DNA of 64,000 bases from Terriglobia bacterium (GTDB lineage: Bacteria > Acidobacteriota > Terriglobia > Bryobacterales > Bryobacteraceae). A program made the translations under genes and the position numbers. This document shows, piece after piece, positions 1 to 9,043 of the stretch (the stretch's first letter is position 1; each line of letters opens with the position of its first letter). The notes beneath the pieces are model-generated. The model did no database searches, was not told where the DNA came from, and saw only the letters and a program-made list of their open reading frames with translations. Where the stretch lies: assembly GCA_963845785.1 (NCBI GenBank), contig CAWJTK010000014.1, positions 100 to 64,099 of the forward strand, read 5' to 3'.

Positions 1-3000
1 GGCGCAGGAGGTCGAGCAGCGGCATCCTGGATTCGATCAGCGTCTGCTAACCTTTACCGAGCGTTCGCGGGATAACGCGGCCGATCCGTTCCTGCCTCTG
101 CTTGCCGAAGACGCGCTCGTGATTGCGCGCGACGCCGAACCGGAACACGTGATCGCCAAAGGCAGGTTCATCCGTTTTGCCTCGATCGCCGCGGCTGCGG
201 CGAGCGTGCTCGTCTACCTGATGTTCTGGGGGCCCGGCGTGTTCGGTTATGGCACCTCGCTGCTCTGGGGAAGCTACTCGAAGGATCAGCCGCTCAAGCC
301 GTTTTACAGCATAAGCGTGAAGCCGGGTTCGAAGACCATACGGCGGAATTCGGATCAGACCATCACCGCGACCGTGAGCGGCTTCTCAACCTCCCATGCG
401 AGCGTCTGGGTGCAGTACGCCAGCGCGAGCAAGTGGGAAGAGGCGCCGATGGAGCCGCAGAGCGGCAGCTCGGGCTTCGCATTCCTCCTGCCAAGGGTGC
501 CGGAGGATGTTCAGTATTACGTCGAAGCGGGCGGCATCAAGTCTTCGACCTTCAAACTGCATACCATCGATCTGCCGGCTGTGAAGAATATTCGCGTCAC
601 CTACAATTACCCCTCCTGGACCGGAGAGGCGGCGGTGACCGAAGATCCGGGCGGCGACCTGCGCGCGGTCCAGGGCACGGTCGCGAAGGTCGAGATCCAG
701 ACCGATAAGGCGCTGAGCAATGCGCAGCTTGTTTTCGACGACGGCAAGCCGATCAATCTCGACTCCACACAGAACAACCGCACCACCACGAACGTGCCGA
801 TCGAGAAGGACGGCATGTATCACATCGCCGTGATGGATCACGGCGAACTGGTGCGGCTGACCGACGATTACTTCATCGAAGCAAGGAAACCGGGCACCCC
901 GAGCGTCAGGATCACAAAGCCGGGCAAGGACGCCAAAGTGAGCCCGATTGAAGAGGTGGGAATCGAAGTCAACGCCGAAGACGACTATCCGCTGCAGGAA
1001 GTGAGCCTGCACTACTCGGTCAATGGCGCGCCGGAGAAAGTCACCTCGCTGCTCAAAGACAAGGGCTCGAAGAAGATTGACGGGTCGATGCTCATGTCGC
1101 TCGAAGACTTCAAGCTCGTTCCCGGCGACATCGTCAGCCTGTATGCAACTGCGAAAGACGGCAAGAATTCGGCGAAGACCGACATGTTTTTCATTCAGGC
1201 CGTACCGTTTGAATTTGAGTACACGCAGGGCTCCGGTGGGGGGGGCGGAGGAGGTGGCGGCGGCGCCGATCAGGACCAGCAGATTTCAGAGCGCGAGAAG
1301 GAAATCATCGCGGCCACGTTCAACCAGGTGAATGGCGATGCGAAAGCCAAAGCTGCGGCCGCCGAGAACGGTAAATATCTTTCGGAAGTGCAGGCGAAGC
1401 TTCGCGATCAGGCGCAGTCTCTTGCTAATCGCACCAAGGCCCGCCAGCTCGATGGCAGCGGCGCCGGGTTCGCGCAGTTCGTGAAAGAAATGGAATTGGC
1501 GGTAGCGTCGATGTCCCCGGCTTCGGATAAGCTGAAGTCGCTTGGGTTCCAGGACGCGCTGACTCCCGAACAACAGGCCCTGCAGCATCTCTTGCGCGCG
1601 GAAAACACCTTCCGCCAGATTCAGGTTCAGGTGAGTCGCGGTGGCGGTGGTGGAGGCGGAGGTGGCGGCGGAGCGGGACGCGATCTTGCGAACCTCTTCG
1701 ACCTCGAACTCGATAAGGATAAAAATCAGTACGAGACGAACGCCAGTTCCTCGGCCGAGCAAAAGCAGCAGGAAGTGGACGAGACGCTCAAGAAACTTGC
1801 GGATCTCGCGCGCAGGCAGCAGCAGCTGGCCGAACAGCAGCAGAACAATCCCCAGCAACTCGCCCAGCAGCGATACCAGCAGGAAATGCTGCGCCGCGAG
1901 GCCGAGGAGCTGAAGCGGCAAATGGAGTCGCTCCAGCGCGGCGATCAGGGTCAACAGGGTCAGCAGGGCCAGCAAAGCCAGCAGCAGGGCCAGCAAAGCC
2001 AGGGTCAGAGCAGCGGCCAGGGCCAGCAATCGGCGTCTTCGAGTGGCGGCCAGCAGGGTCAGCAGCAACAGAGCCAGAGCCAGCAACAAGCGGGCTTGAG
2101 CCGCCAGATGAAGAACCAGCTGGATCAGGCGATTAAAGACCTGGCTCAGGCGGAGAAGGACATGAGTAACTCCGCTTCGGCTCGGCAGCCTGGCCAGCAG
2201 AATGGCGCCCAGGGACAGTCCGACGCGCAGCGCGCGGCTGAGGGCCTGAAGCGAGCGCAGCAGAATCTGCAGTCCGGGTTGAAACAGCAGAACGGCTCGG
2301 AGATCGGGAATATCGCGAATAAAGCCGAGCAGCTGGCAACCCAGCAGCAGGACTTCGAACAGCGGCTCCGGCGCAATTTCGGCCAGAGCGAGGGCAACCA
2401 GCAGACAGCCCAGCAGATGGCCGACGAGAAGCACCGCATGATCGACCAGTACAACCAGATGCAGAAGGATATGCAGCAGGCGGCGCGCAATATTGCGGGC
2501 ACTCAGCCTGGCGTATCCAAAGACCTCCGGGACGCCACGGGCCGGATGCAGCAGGAAGAGATCGGCACCCGGATGGAAGTGACCGAAGAGGCGCTGCGCC
2601 GCGGCTACGGACAACTGGCCGTGATGCGCGAAGCTCCCGTGACCCAATATCTCAACGAGCTCAAAGACCAGATGAGAAAGCTCGAAGCCGAATCGGCGGC
2701 GCAAGGGACCGCTGGCGGTGCTGAGGACAAGGGCCAGATCGCAACCCAGCAGGCGCTCAACCAGGCCGAGAAGATCCGGCAGGGAATGCAGCAGCTCGCC
2801 CGCTCACGCCAACAGCAGCAGGGGCAGCAAAACGGTCAAGGTCAGCAGCAAGGCAACAAGGGCTCGCAGCCAGGTCAGGGACAGCAGGGGCAACAGGGCC
2901 AGCCGGGGCAACAAGGTCAGCAAGCCCAGCAGGGTCAGGGCCAGCAGCCGGGCCAAGGCCAAGGCCCGCAACAAGGGCAAGGCCAGCAAGGTCAGGGCCA

Positions 3001-3496
3001 AAGCCCGGGGCAGGGGAACAGCCAGCAGGCAGGCTCGCAGTCTCCGAACGGCGGCGGCGGTGGCGTGAATAACAGCGCACGCGGCGGTTACGGCGGGAAT
3101 TACGGAGGCTACGTTGATCGGCCATACGGCGGCACCTATGGCGATCCCCGGATGGGTGCGTTGCCACCGAACTACTCGCCCGAAGTGGCGTATAACGACA
3201 TCATGCGCGACATCGGCCGCTTGCGCGCTCAGGTGGGCGACGATAAGGATCTGGCGCGAGAGCTCCAGGATCTCGTTCAAAAAGCCCAGCAGCTCGATCC
3301 CCGGCACATGACGAACGAGGGCCAGTTGGCGGCGATCGTCGGCGCACAGGCGATGTCGGAGGTTGACGAGGTCGAACTCGTTCTGCGACGCAAGCTGCAG
3401 GCGACCGATGGAAGCGTGCGCAGCACGAACCCGCGCAACACGCCTCCTGGATACGCGGACTCAGTCGCGGAATACTACAAGCGGCTGAGCCAGTAG
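1..3496 (+). CDS. Large membrane-anchored Gln/Gly-rich low-complexity protein, 5' end open at the window edge (DUF4175-like architecture, unverified)
   Basis: The frame of the 119..3496 ORF is open from base 2 with no stop, so the GTG at 119 is probably internal. It has one TM helix (FIRFASIAAAAASVLVYLMFW), a beta-rich region of about 350 aa, two Gly10-11 tracts (nt about 1235-1264 and 1640-1672), and long GQQGQQ/SQQQ repeats with coiled-coil-like Q/E/K/R stretches. Confidence 0.75.
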   Translation, partial: AQEVEQRHPGFDQRLLTFTERSRDNAADPFLPLLAEDALVIARDAEPEHVIAKGRFIRFASIAAAAASVLVYLMFWGPGVFGYGTSLLWGSYSKDQPLKPFYSISVKPGSKTIRRNSDQTITATVSGFSTSHASVWVQYASASKWEEAPMEPQSGSSGFAFLLPRVPEDVQYYVEAGGIKSSTFKLHTIDLPAVKNIRVTYNYPSWTGEAAVTEDPGGDLRAVQGTVAKVEIQTDKALSNAQLVFDDGKPINLDSTQNNRTTTNVPIEKDGMYHIAVMDHGELVRLTDDYFIEARKPGTPSVRITKPGKDAKVSPIEEVGIEVNAEDDYPLQEVSLHYSVNGAPEKVTSLLKDKGSKKIDGSMLMSLEDFKLVPGDIVSLYATAKDGKNSAKTDMFFIQAVPFEFEYTQGSGGGGGGGGGGADQDQQISEREKEIIAATFNQVNGDAKAKAAAAENGKYLSEVQAKLRDQAQSLANRTKARQLDGSGAGFAQFVKEMELAVASMSPASDKLKSLGFQDALTPEQQALQHLLRAENTFRQIQVQVSRGGGGGGGGGGGAGRDLANLFDLELDKDKNQYETNASSSAEQKQQEVDETLKKLADLARRQQQLAEQQQNNPQQLAQQRYQQEMLRREAEELKRQMESLQRGDQGQQGQQGQQSQQQGQQSQGQSSGQGQQSASSSGGQQGQQQQSQSQQQAGLSRQMKNQLDQAIKDLAQAEKDMSNSASARQPGQQNGAQGQSDAQRAAEGLKRAQQNLQSGLKQQNGSEIGNIANKAEQLATQQQDFEQRLRRNFGQSEGNQQTAQQMADEKHRMIDQYNQMQKDMQQAARNIAGTQPGVSKDLRDATGRMQQEEIGTRMEVTEEALRRGYGQLAVMREAPVTQYLNELKDQMRKLEAESAAQGTAGGAEDKGQIATQQALNQAEKIRQGMQQLARSRQQQQGQQNGQGQQQGNKGSQPGQGQQGQQGQPGQQGQQAQQGQGQQPGQGQGPQQGQGQQGQGQSPGQGNSQQAGSQSPNGGGGGVNNSARGGYGGNYGGYVDRPYGGTYGDPRMGALPPNYSPEVAYNDIMRDIGRLRAQVGDDKDLARELQDLVQKAQQLDPRHMTNEGQLAAIVGAQAMSEVDEVELVLRRKLQATDGSVRSTNPRNTPPGYADSVAEYYKRLSQ

Positions 3497-3503
3497 TAAC
3501 GGC

Positions 3504-3572
3504 CTTACCAGCGGTCTGTAGGGCAGGCGATCTTGTCGCCGGCCGTCACCCGAACCGCCTCTTCGACGGAGC
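3504..3572. repeat. Copy A of the structured hairpin-repeat family (core GGCGA-TCTTG-TCGCC at 3526-3542)
   Basis: It aligns by eye to 51365-37 of the era insert (TTAC.CCAG..GGTAG.GC.GGCGATCTTGTCGCCGG..GTC.C.CG.ACCGC.TC.TC..CGGAGC). It lies directly after the stop codon of the large gene. Confidence 0.6.
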
Positions 3573-3759
3573 TTATTTCCCATCATGCGCCACGCGATAG
3601 CAGCAAGCACCGGGGCAGGGAAGGGTCTCACACCTGGAGAAATCTGGAACGCGTGCGTGAGCCTCGTCGCTTGGAGTTCGAGAAAAGGCCAAAATGTAAC
3701 GCAGGCCGGTCTTTTTGTGGCCTGAATGCTAATCACCTGATCGGATTATAAATATAGTT

Positions 3760-4077
3760 TCATGGATGAGCCGCGACGCGGGGATGAAATCGCCTGACGC
3801 GGATTTCTTTCTCCCGGCTGCGGGTCCTGGCGATATCGAAAGCCGATTGCATACGCATGAGCGTTTCCATCTTCACGCCGAAAGCCTTCTCAATGCGCAG
3901 CGCCATTTCCCCGGACAGGTCGGCCTTGCCGTTCAGCAAACTGGACAGGGCAGGGCGTGACACTTGAAGCGCAGCGGCGGCGGCGGTGACAGACAGGCCG
4001 GCCGGTTCAATGATCTCCGTTCGGATGAAATCGCCGGGGTGCGGTGGGTTCTTCATGGGCATAGTTCGCTTCTCCAT
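3760..4077 (-). CDS. higA: HigA-family antitoxin (XRE-type HTH)
   Basis: The translation MPMKNPPHPGDFIRTEIIEPAGLSVTAAAAALQVSRPALSSLLNGKADLSGEMALRIEKAFG is a classic HigA N-terminus plus HTH. The ATG at 4062 (GGAG 9 nt upstream) is an alternative start to 4077. Confidence 0.85.
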   Translation of the reverse strand: MEKRTMPMKNPPHPGDFIRTEIIEPAGLSVTAAAAALQVSRPALSSLLNGKADLSGEMALRIEKAFGVKMETLMRMQSAFDIARTRSREKEIRVRRFHPRVAAHP

Positions 4078-4080
4078 TTG

Positions 4081-4364
4081 CTAGTGGTAATCCTCTAAAT
4101 TCAGATCGCAGATTTCGCGCTCGTCGATAGTGAAGGTCAAACGGCGGTTGCGGGTAACGCTTGAACTCCATGTGTCTTTGCGGTCGCCAGTCAACGTGTG
4201 AACCTTCCAGACCGTGAGCGCCCGCAAGTCGTCGGCCTCCTGCATCGCGTCGAGAAACGCAAACATCTTCCGCAGTTTGTCCGCGGTGTCGGCGGAACGC
4301 CTTTGGCGCTGTCCTCGGCGTAAAGACGTTTGAGGCCCTTGTGCGCAAAGCTGCGAATTTTCAT
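4081..4364 (-). pseudogene. higB: HigB-family (RelE/ParE superfamily) toxin, disrupted by a 1-nt deletion
   Basis: The ATG at 4364 gives MKIRSFAHKGLKRLYAEDSAKGVPP. The remainder (DTADKLRKMFAFLDAMQEADDLRALTVWKVHTLTGDRKDTWSSSVTRNRRLTFTIDEREICDLNLEDYH) is in another frame. The join at about 4288-4292 needs one extra G (ccgccgGac). Confidence 0.8.
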
Positions 4365-4370
4365 CGGCAG

Positions 4371-4399
4371 ACTGTAGCCTGTAGCTTAACACTTGTCAA
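4371..4399 (-). promoter_or_regulatory. Candidate sigma70-type promoter of higBA with a tandem CTGTAGC operator-like repeat
   Basis: The minus strand reads TTGACA-17 nt-TACAGT, ending 6 nt before the higB ATG. The spacer/-10 region contains GCTACAGGCTACAG, a direct repeat of GCTACAG. Confidence 0.45.
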
Positions 4400-4777
4400 C
4401 ACATGCCGGTGCGAAAAGCCGGTGGGGACGCCGCGCCCCGGCCGCCGCAGAGCGTCCGGGCGGCAAGCCGAAACCCTGAGCGGGCGGGCAGTAAACTCGT
4501 GACCCGGGGCGCAGGTGTACCTCTTGGCTGGTCTACTCTCTGTGCTCATGCCGGGTTCTCTCATGCTGGGATACGTTGATCCTGTTTCACAGGCTCTGGT
4601 GCAACCATACCTGGGGCTTCGAAATCTCAGTAGGGTCCACGGCAACCGCATCTCCCAGACAGACCATTCACAAATTTCAAAAAATATTCGCATCTTGTTT
4701 TCAGTCGCTTGGCGACCCGGATGTCCGCATCCCCATTCCCGCATGTTCTACTGCGATCGAGAGACGAGATATCAACC

Positions 4778-5518
4778 ATGACCTCCGAAAAGCAGTTCGA
4801 AGCCAATCGCCGCAACGCGTTGCGTTCCACCGGCCCGAAAACCGCCGAAGGCAAAGTCCGTTCCAGCCGTAACAACCTGCGTCATGGGCTCACCGGCCAG
4901 ATCACGGTGCTCCCTTCCGAAGATCGCGAAGCGCATGACGCCTTCGTCAATCGACTCATAGAAGGCCTCACTCCCGAAACGCCCATGGAAGAGCAACTCG
5001 CCCATTCCATCGCTGAGGACAGCTGGCGTCTCAACCGTGTCTGTGCCCTCGAGACCAACATCTTCGCGCTCGGCCACGAGCACGAGCGGAATCCGGTACG
5101 GATTGCCCTCGCGGATGCCCAAACCTTCCTCGATCACGCAAACAAATTCCAGCTCCTGAGCGTCTACGAGCAGCGCATCAACCGCAACATGCAAAGGAAC
5201 CTGCAGCAGCTCCGCAGCCTCCAGGCAGAACGCCGGCAGCAGCGCGAAGCGGCTGTCGAAGAGGCCAAACTTCTGGCTCAGCCCAACCTGAACAACTGTT
5301 TACCTTCCGAAGCGGAACAAGACGAAGAAGCCGACTCCGTGGCGCATCCAGCCAGAAATGGCTTTGTTTTTTCAACCGCCGAAATCAACCGCGCCATCGA
5401 CCGCGATCATCTCCCCAAAGCGCCCCGGCCGGAGGGCCCGTTGTGCGCGGCCGAGCCGCCTGAAGCGTCAGCAGGCGTCGGAGCGCGATATGCTGTCCAG
5501 GGACATTCTCACTCCTGA
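4778..5518 (+). CDS. Conserved hypothetical protein
   Basis: The ATG at 4778 gives MTSEKQFEANRRNALRSTGPKTAEGKVRSSRNNLRHGLTG... This N-terminal motif recurs in uncharacterised bacterial proteins. No function is inferable. Confidence 0.6.
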   Translation: MTSEKQFEANRRNALRSTGPKTAEGKVRSSRNNLRHGLTGQITVLPSEDREAHDAFVNRLIEGLTPETPMEEQLAHSIAEDSWRLNRVCALETNIFALGHEHERNPVRIALADAQTFLDHANKFQLLSVYEQRINRNMQRNLQQLRSLQAERRQQREAAVEEAKLLAQPNLNNCLPSEAEQDEEADSVAHPARNGFVFSTAEINRAIDRDHLPKAPRPEGPLCAAEPPEASAGVGARYAVQGHSHS

Positions 5519-5529
5519 CTTCTATTAAA

Positions 5530-6915
5530 ATGAACCTCACATTCCACGGCGCCGCCGGAGGCGTCACCGGCTCCATGCACGAAATTGAAGTCGGCGGACG
5601 CCGATACCTTCTCGATTGCGGCATGTTCCAGGGAAGGCGCAAGGAATCGGAGCATCTCAACCGCGACTTCCCCATCGATGCCTCCTCGATTGATGCCGTG
5701 GTTCTCTCACACGCGCACATCGATCACAGCGGCCGGCTGCCCCTCCTCGTCAAGAACGGCTTCGGCGGCCCGATTTACGCCACCTCCGCGTCCGCCGACC
5801 TCTGTCAGGCCATGCTGAGAGACACCGCGCACATCGCCGAAAGCGATGCGGAATTCGTCAATTACAAGCACCCTGACGACCCTCCGGTCGAGCCGCTCTA
5901 CACCATGGAAGATGCGGTTCGAACCATGCCGCTGTTTCGGCCGGTGCCTTACCACAAGCGAACCACTATCGGGGAGGGTCTCGACGTCGAGCTTTATGAC
6001 GCGGGTCATATCCTCGGATCCTCGTCACTCCTGTTGAATGACGGCCTGATTCGCCTGGGATTCTCGGGCGACGTCGGACGCCACGACGTGCCGATCATCC
6101 GCGACCCCGAGCCGCTTCCGCCCGTTGATTACCTGATCATGGAAAGCACTTACGGCGGCCGCAAACATCCGCCGCCACAGGAGGCGCTCGGCAAGCTGGA
6201 GCAGATCGTATACCGCACCATTGCGCGTGGCGGCCGCCTGATCGTGCCGGCGTTCGCCGTGGGCCGTACCCAGCAACTGGTGCTCATGCTTCACCAGTTG
6301 ATGAATGCGCAGCGCCTTCCGCCCGTGCCGATCTTTGTCGACAGCCCGCTTGCGGTAGACGTCACCGCCGTTTTCCGCGCGCACCCGGAGTGTTTCAACG
6401 ACGACACGCGCAAGTATCTGGAAAATGGCGAGGATCCGTTCGGCTTCAAGCGCCTGACCTATGTGAGGGACGCGAACGAATCGAAGAAACTGAACGACTT
6501 TCGCGGCCCCTTCATTGTCATTTCGGCCTCCGGAATGTGCGAGGCGGGCCGCATCCTGCATCACCTGCGCCATAACATCGGCGACAGCAGAAACACCGTG
6601 CTCCTGACCGGGTATCAGGCGGAAAACACGCTCGGCCGCAAGCTTCGCGACGGGGTGAAATGGGTTCGAATTTTCGGCATCCCGCAGCGGGTTGAGGCGG
6701 AAGTCGACTCGCTCGACGCCTTGAGCGCCCACGCCGATTCCGAAGAACTCCTCGAATGGATGAAACCCGCGGCGACGGGCCCGACTCCGAAACTGAAGAA
6801 GGTCTTTCTGGTTCACGGCGAGCGGGAGCAGTCGCTGGCGCTGGCGGAGGCGATCTGCACCCGATATAAGGTGGAGGCCACGCCCGTCGAGCCGGGCCAG
6901 ACTTATAATCTTTAA
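5530..6915 (+). CDS. MBL-fold metallo-hydrolase of the beta-CASP (RNA-metabolising) type
   Basis: It has the HAHIDHSGRLP metallo-beta-lactamase motif, a length of 461 aa, and a C-terminal HADSEELLEW motif typical of beta-CASP nucleases. Confidence 0.85.
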   Translation: MNLTFHGAAGGVTGSMHEIEVGGRRYLLDCGMFQGRRKESEHLNRDFPIDASSIDAVVLSHAHIDHSGRLPLLVKNGFGGPIYATSASADLCQAMLRDTAHIAESDAEFVNYKHPDDPPVEPLYTMEDAVRTMPLFRPVPYHKRTTIGEGLDVELYDAGHILGSSSLLLNDGLIRLGFSGDVGRHDVPIIRDPEPLPPVDYLIMESTYGGRKHPPPQEALGKLEQIVYRTIARGGRLIVPAFAVGRTQQLVLMLHQLMNAQRLPPVPIFVDSPLAVDVTAVFRAHPECFNDDTRKYLENGEDPFGFKRLTYVRDANESKKLNDFRGPFIVISASGMCEAGRILHHLRHNIGDSRNTVLLTGYQAENTLGRKLRDGVKWVRIFGIPQRVEAEVDSLDALSAHADSEELLEWMKPAATGPTPKLKKVFLVHGEREQSLALAEAICTRYKVEATPVEPGQTYNL

Positions 6916-6992
6916 TCTGAAAACCGGCCGTTCCGGGAAACGCAACCAGAATTAGCACTGTCTATAATGTAGATTCAGGAGAGTACGACCAG

Positions 6993-7883
6993 ATGAGCAC
7001 ACCCCAATATCCGTATCCTGCCCCGCCGCCGCCTCCGACCGGAAACTCAAATTTGAAGACGGCCCTGGCTGCGGGTGCGATCATAGCGTCCCTCGCCGCC
7101 AACGGATTCCTTCTCTATCAGTTGCACGATTTGAAGACCGACACCGACAAGGGTCGCGAAATCATGCAGAGCGAGATCGACACCATCAAAGAGAACAGCA
7201 CGGTGATGACCGCCACCCAGCGGAAGCACCTGGACGATCTCAAAGAGGAACTCGACCAGCGTTCGCGGGAGTTGAATCAGGCTGCCAGTCAGGCCAAGCG
7301 GGAGGCCGTCACTTACGCCGACCAGCAGGCGCAAAAGCTTGAGGCCGAAAACCAGAAAACCGCTGCCAACGTAAACCAGGTTTCTTCGGACCTCACAAAT
7401 GTCAAACAGTCCGCCGACACCGCGAACGCAAAAATCGCCGTTGTCGGCAATGACGTGACTGGCGTCAAGACGGATCTGGCAAGCACCAAAACCGATCTGC
7501 AGCAGACGAAGACCGACCTCAAGCAGGTCCGGGGCGATCTTGGTGGTACCAACAGCCTCGTCGCGACCAACGGCAAGCAAATCGACGAGCTGATTCGCCG
7601 CGGCGAAAGGAATATCGTCAAGTTCAACGTTACGAAGAAGGAGAAGGGCTTCCAGAAGGTCGGCGATATCGCGCTCGAACTGAAGAAAACCGATCCCGGC
7701 AAGAACCGCTTCACGCTGAACGTGCGCGCCGACGACAAGCTGACTGAGAAGAAGGACCGCAATATCAACGAGCCGCTGCAGTTCTATGTCGGCAGCGCCC
7801 TCTATGAGCTGGTCGTCAACACCGTGACCAAGGACGCGGTTTCCGGTTACGTCTCCAGCCCGAAATATCAGGGCCGCAGCTAG
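6993..7883 (+). CDS. Membrane-anchored coiled-coil protein, unknown function
   Basis: It has a Pro-rich N-terminus, one TM helix (LKTALAAGAIIASLAANGFLLY), a long heptad-like region with repeated (T)KTDL motifs, and a globular C-terminal domain. Confidence 0.6.
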   Translation: MSTPQYPYPAPPPPPTGNSNLKTALAAGAIIASLAANGFLLYQLHDLKTDTDKGREIMQSEIDTIKENSTVMTATQRKHLDDLKEELDQRSRELNQAASQAKREAVTYADQQAQKLEAENQKTAANVNQVSSDLTNVKQSADTANAKIAVVGNDVTGVKTDLASTKTDLQQTKTDLKQVRGDLGGTNSLVATNGKQIDELIRRGERNIVKFNVTKKEKGFQKVGDIALELKKTDPGKNRFTLNVRADDKLTEKKDRNINEPLQFYVGSALYELVVNTVTKDAVSGYVSSPKYQGRS

Positions 7884-7896
7884 GATCCGGTAACAC

Positions 7897-7913
7897 GGCG
7901 ATCTTGTCGCCGG
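7897..7913. repeat. Copy B of the hairpin core (GGCGA-TCTTG-TCGCCGG), between convergent genes
   Basis: It matches the core of the other copies exactly. It sits 14 nt after the stop at 7883 and 9 nt before the stop at 7922, so it may act as a bidirectional terminator-like hairpin. Confidence 0.6.
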
Positions 7914-7921
7914 TGGCTTTG

Positions 7922-9043
7922 TTACTGCGTATCGCCGCCGGTTTCTTCGACGAACCGTCCGACGTGAACCTGATAAATCGCCGGTTTGCCATGCCGGTCG
8001 CTCACAAAAAGAACGCTCTGGCTGTCCGGTGAGAATACCGGCCGCACCATAGCGGGGTCGGAAGCCCGGTGTTCGCAGAGAGTCAGCTCGCGCCTCGCTA
8101 CGCGCACCAGAATCAGCACATATTCCGAAGCCAGGCTGCGGCTCGCCCCCGTGAACACCGAAGCGTCGCCGTTGGGCGAAACCGAAGCGAACTGGCTCGT
8201 TTTCGCGATCAGGGCGTCCGTCCCGTCGTCCGGAGAATGCTCCCGAAGCGTGACCAGCTCTTTCGGATCTTCCGGCACATGCAGGTAGATGAACGTGCGC
8301 CCCGAAGGGATCCAGAGCGGCGAGGCGGAGCGGCCTGGGGCGGTCTTGAGTTGCCGCTTGCCGGAACCGTCGGCGTTCACGAGCCAGAAACGGTCTGCGG
8401 CGCGATAGAGAATCTGCGAGCGGCGCGGCCGTGCCATCACCTCTCCGATTTCCTGGTCGGTTTCGACAACGCGCCGGGTCTGCTGGCGCAGCGCGCTGAC
8501 GATTCTCGATCCTCCGTTCTCGCGTTCGGCGAAAATGGCGGCTCCGTCAGTCCCGACCGAAAATCCGGAGCGCGTGGCGCCCGCCGGAACCGAGTGAAGT
8601 TGCCGTGTTCGTTCGGTGGCAAGCGTGCCTTCCATGAGGGCTCCGCCGTCGAAAAACAGAAAGCTGCGTTCGTCGGGCGCCAGGGAAAGTGTGGACGGGT
8701 CGAGCGCGCTGACTTCGGTCAGCTGTTTTGAGCCGCCGTTGCGCAGGTCGAACAGAAAAGCCTGTCGTGAACCGGGTGCCTCGCCGGAATCGCGCTCGCT
8801 CCAGTAGAGCAGCATGTCGGAGCGGCGCGTAAACTGCCGCAGATGCATCGCGGTCATGCCGCTCGTAAAGGCGGGATCGGTTAGCCGGACAACTTCGAGT
8901 TCAGTCGCCGGATCCGGGTACCGGCGCCACTCCGGGCTCGACACGCTGCCCACCGCCGCCATAGCAAGCCGGCCGCCGGCCGTAAGGGCAAAAAAGCCGC
9001 GGCGCGATAGGATCGGCGGGACCAAGTAGTCTATTCTAGGCAT
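7922..9043 (-). CDS. TolB/PD40-like beta-propeller protein (oligogalacturonate-lyase-like fold), probably exported
   Basis: The likely start is MPRIDYLVPPILSRRGFFALTAG (Tat-like signal) at 9043. Supporting motifs are WRRYPDPATELEVVRLTDP and a C-terminal FSPDSQSVLFVSDRHGKPAIYQV PD40-type motif. The start overlaps the miaA stop by 8 nt. Confidence 0.65.
   Translation of the reverse strand: MPRIDYLVPPILSRRGFFALTAGGRLAMAAVGSVSSPEWRRYPDPATELEVVRLTDPAFTSGMTAMHLRQFTRRSDMLLYWSERDSGEAPGSRQAFLFDLRNGGSKQLTEVSALDPSTLSLAPDERSFLFFDGGALMEGTLATERTRQLHSVPAGATRSGFSVGTDGAAIFAERENGGSRIVSALRQQTRRVVETDQEIGEVMARPRRSQILYRAADRFWLVNADGSGKRQLKTAPGRSASPLWIPSGRTFIYLHVPEDPKELVTLREHSPDDGTDALIAKTSQFASVSPNGDASVFTGASRSLASEYVLILVRVARRELTLCEHRASDPAMVRPVFSPDSQSVLFVSDRHGKPAIYQVHVGRFVEETGGDTQ

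Noticed and set aside
1286-2704. Long antisense ORFs opposite the major genes (for example 1286-2704, 6025-6945, 10724-12181, 12899-15226, 20672-21541, 22569-23942, 46977-47921)
   Set aside because: These are typical shadow ORFs of GC-rich DNA. Their translations are Arg/Leu/Pro-rich with no motifs, while the sense-strand products have clear family signatures.
4285-4295. Programmed ribosomal frameshifting in higB (and in the era/mutS2 tract)
   Set aside because: There is no slippery heptamer or downstream structure at the joins. The events coincide with G/C homopolymers or simple single-base insertions, and they are far too numerous in the 49.8-54.6 kb tract.
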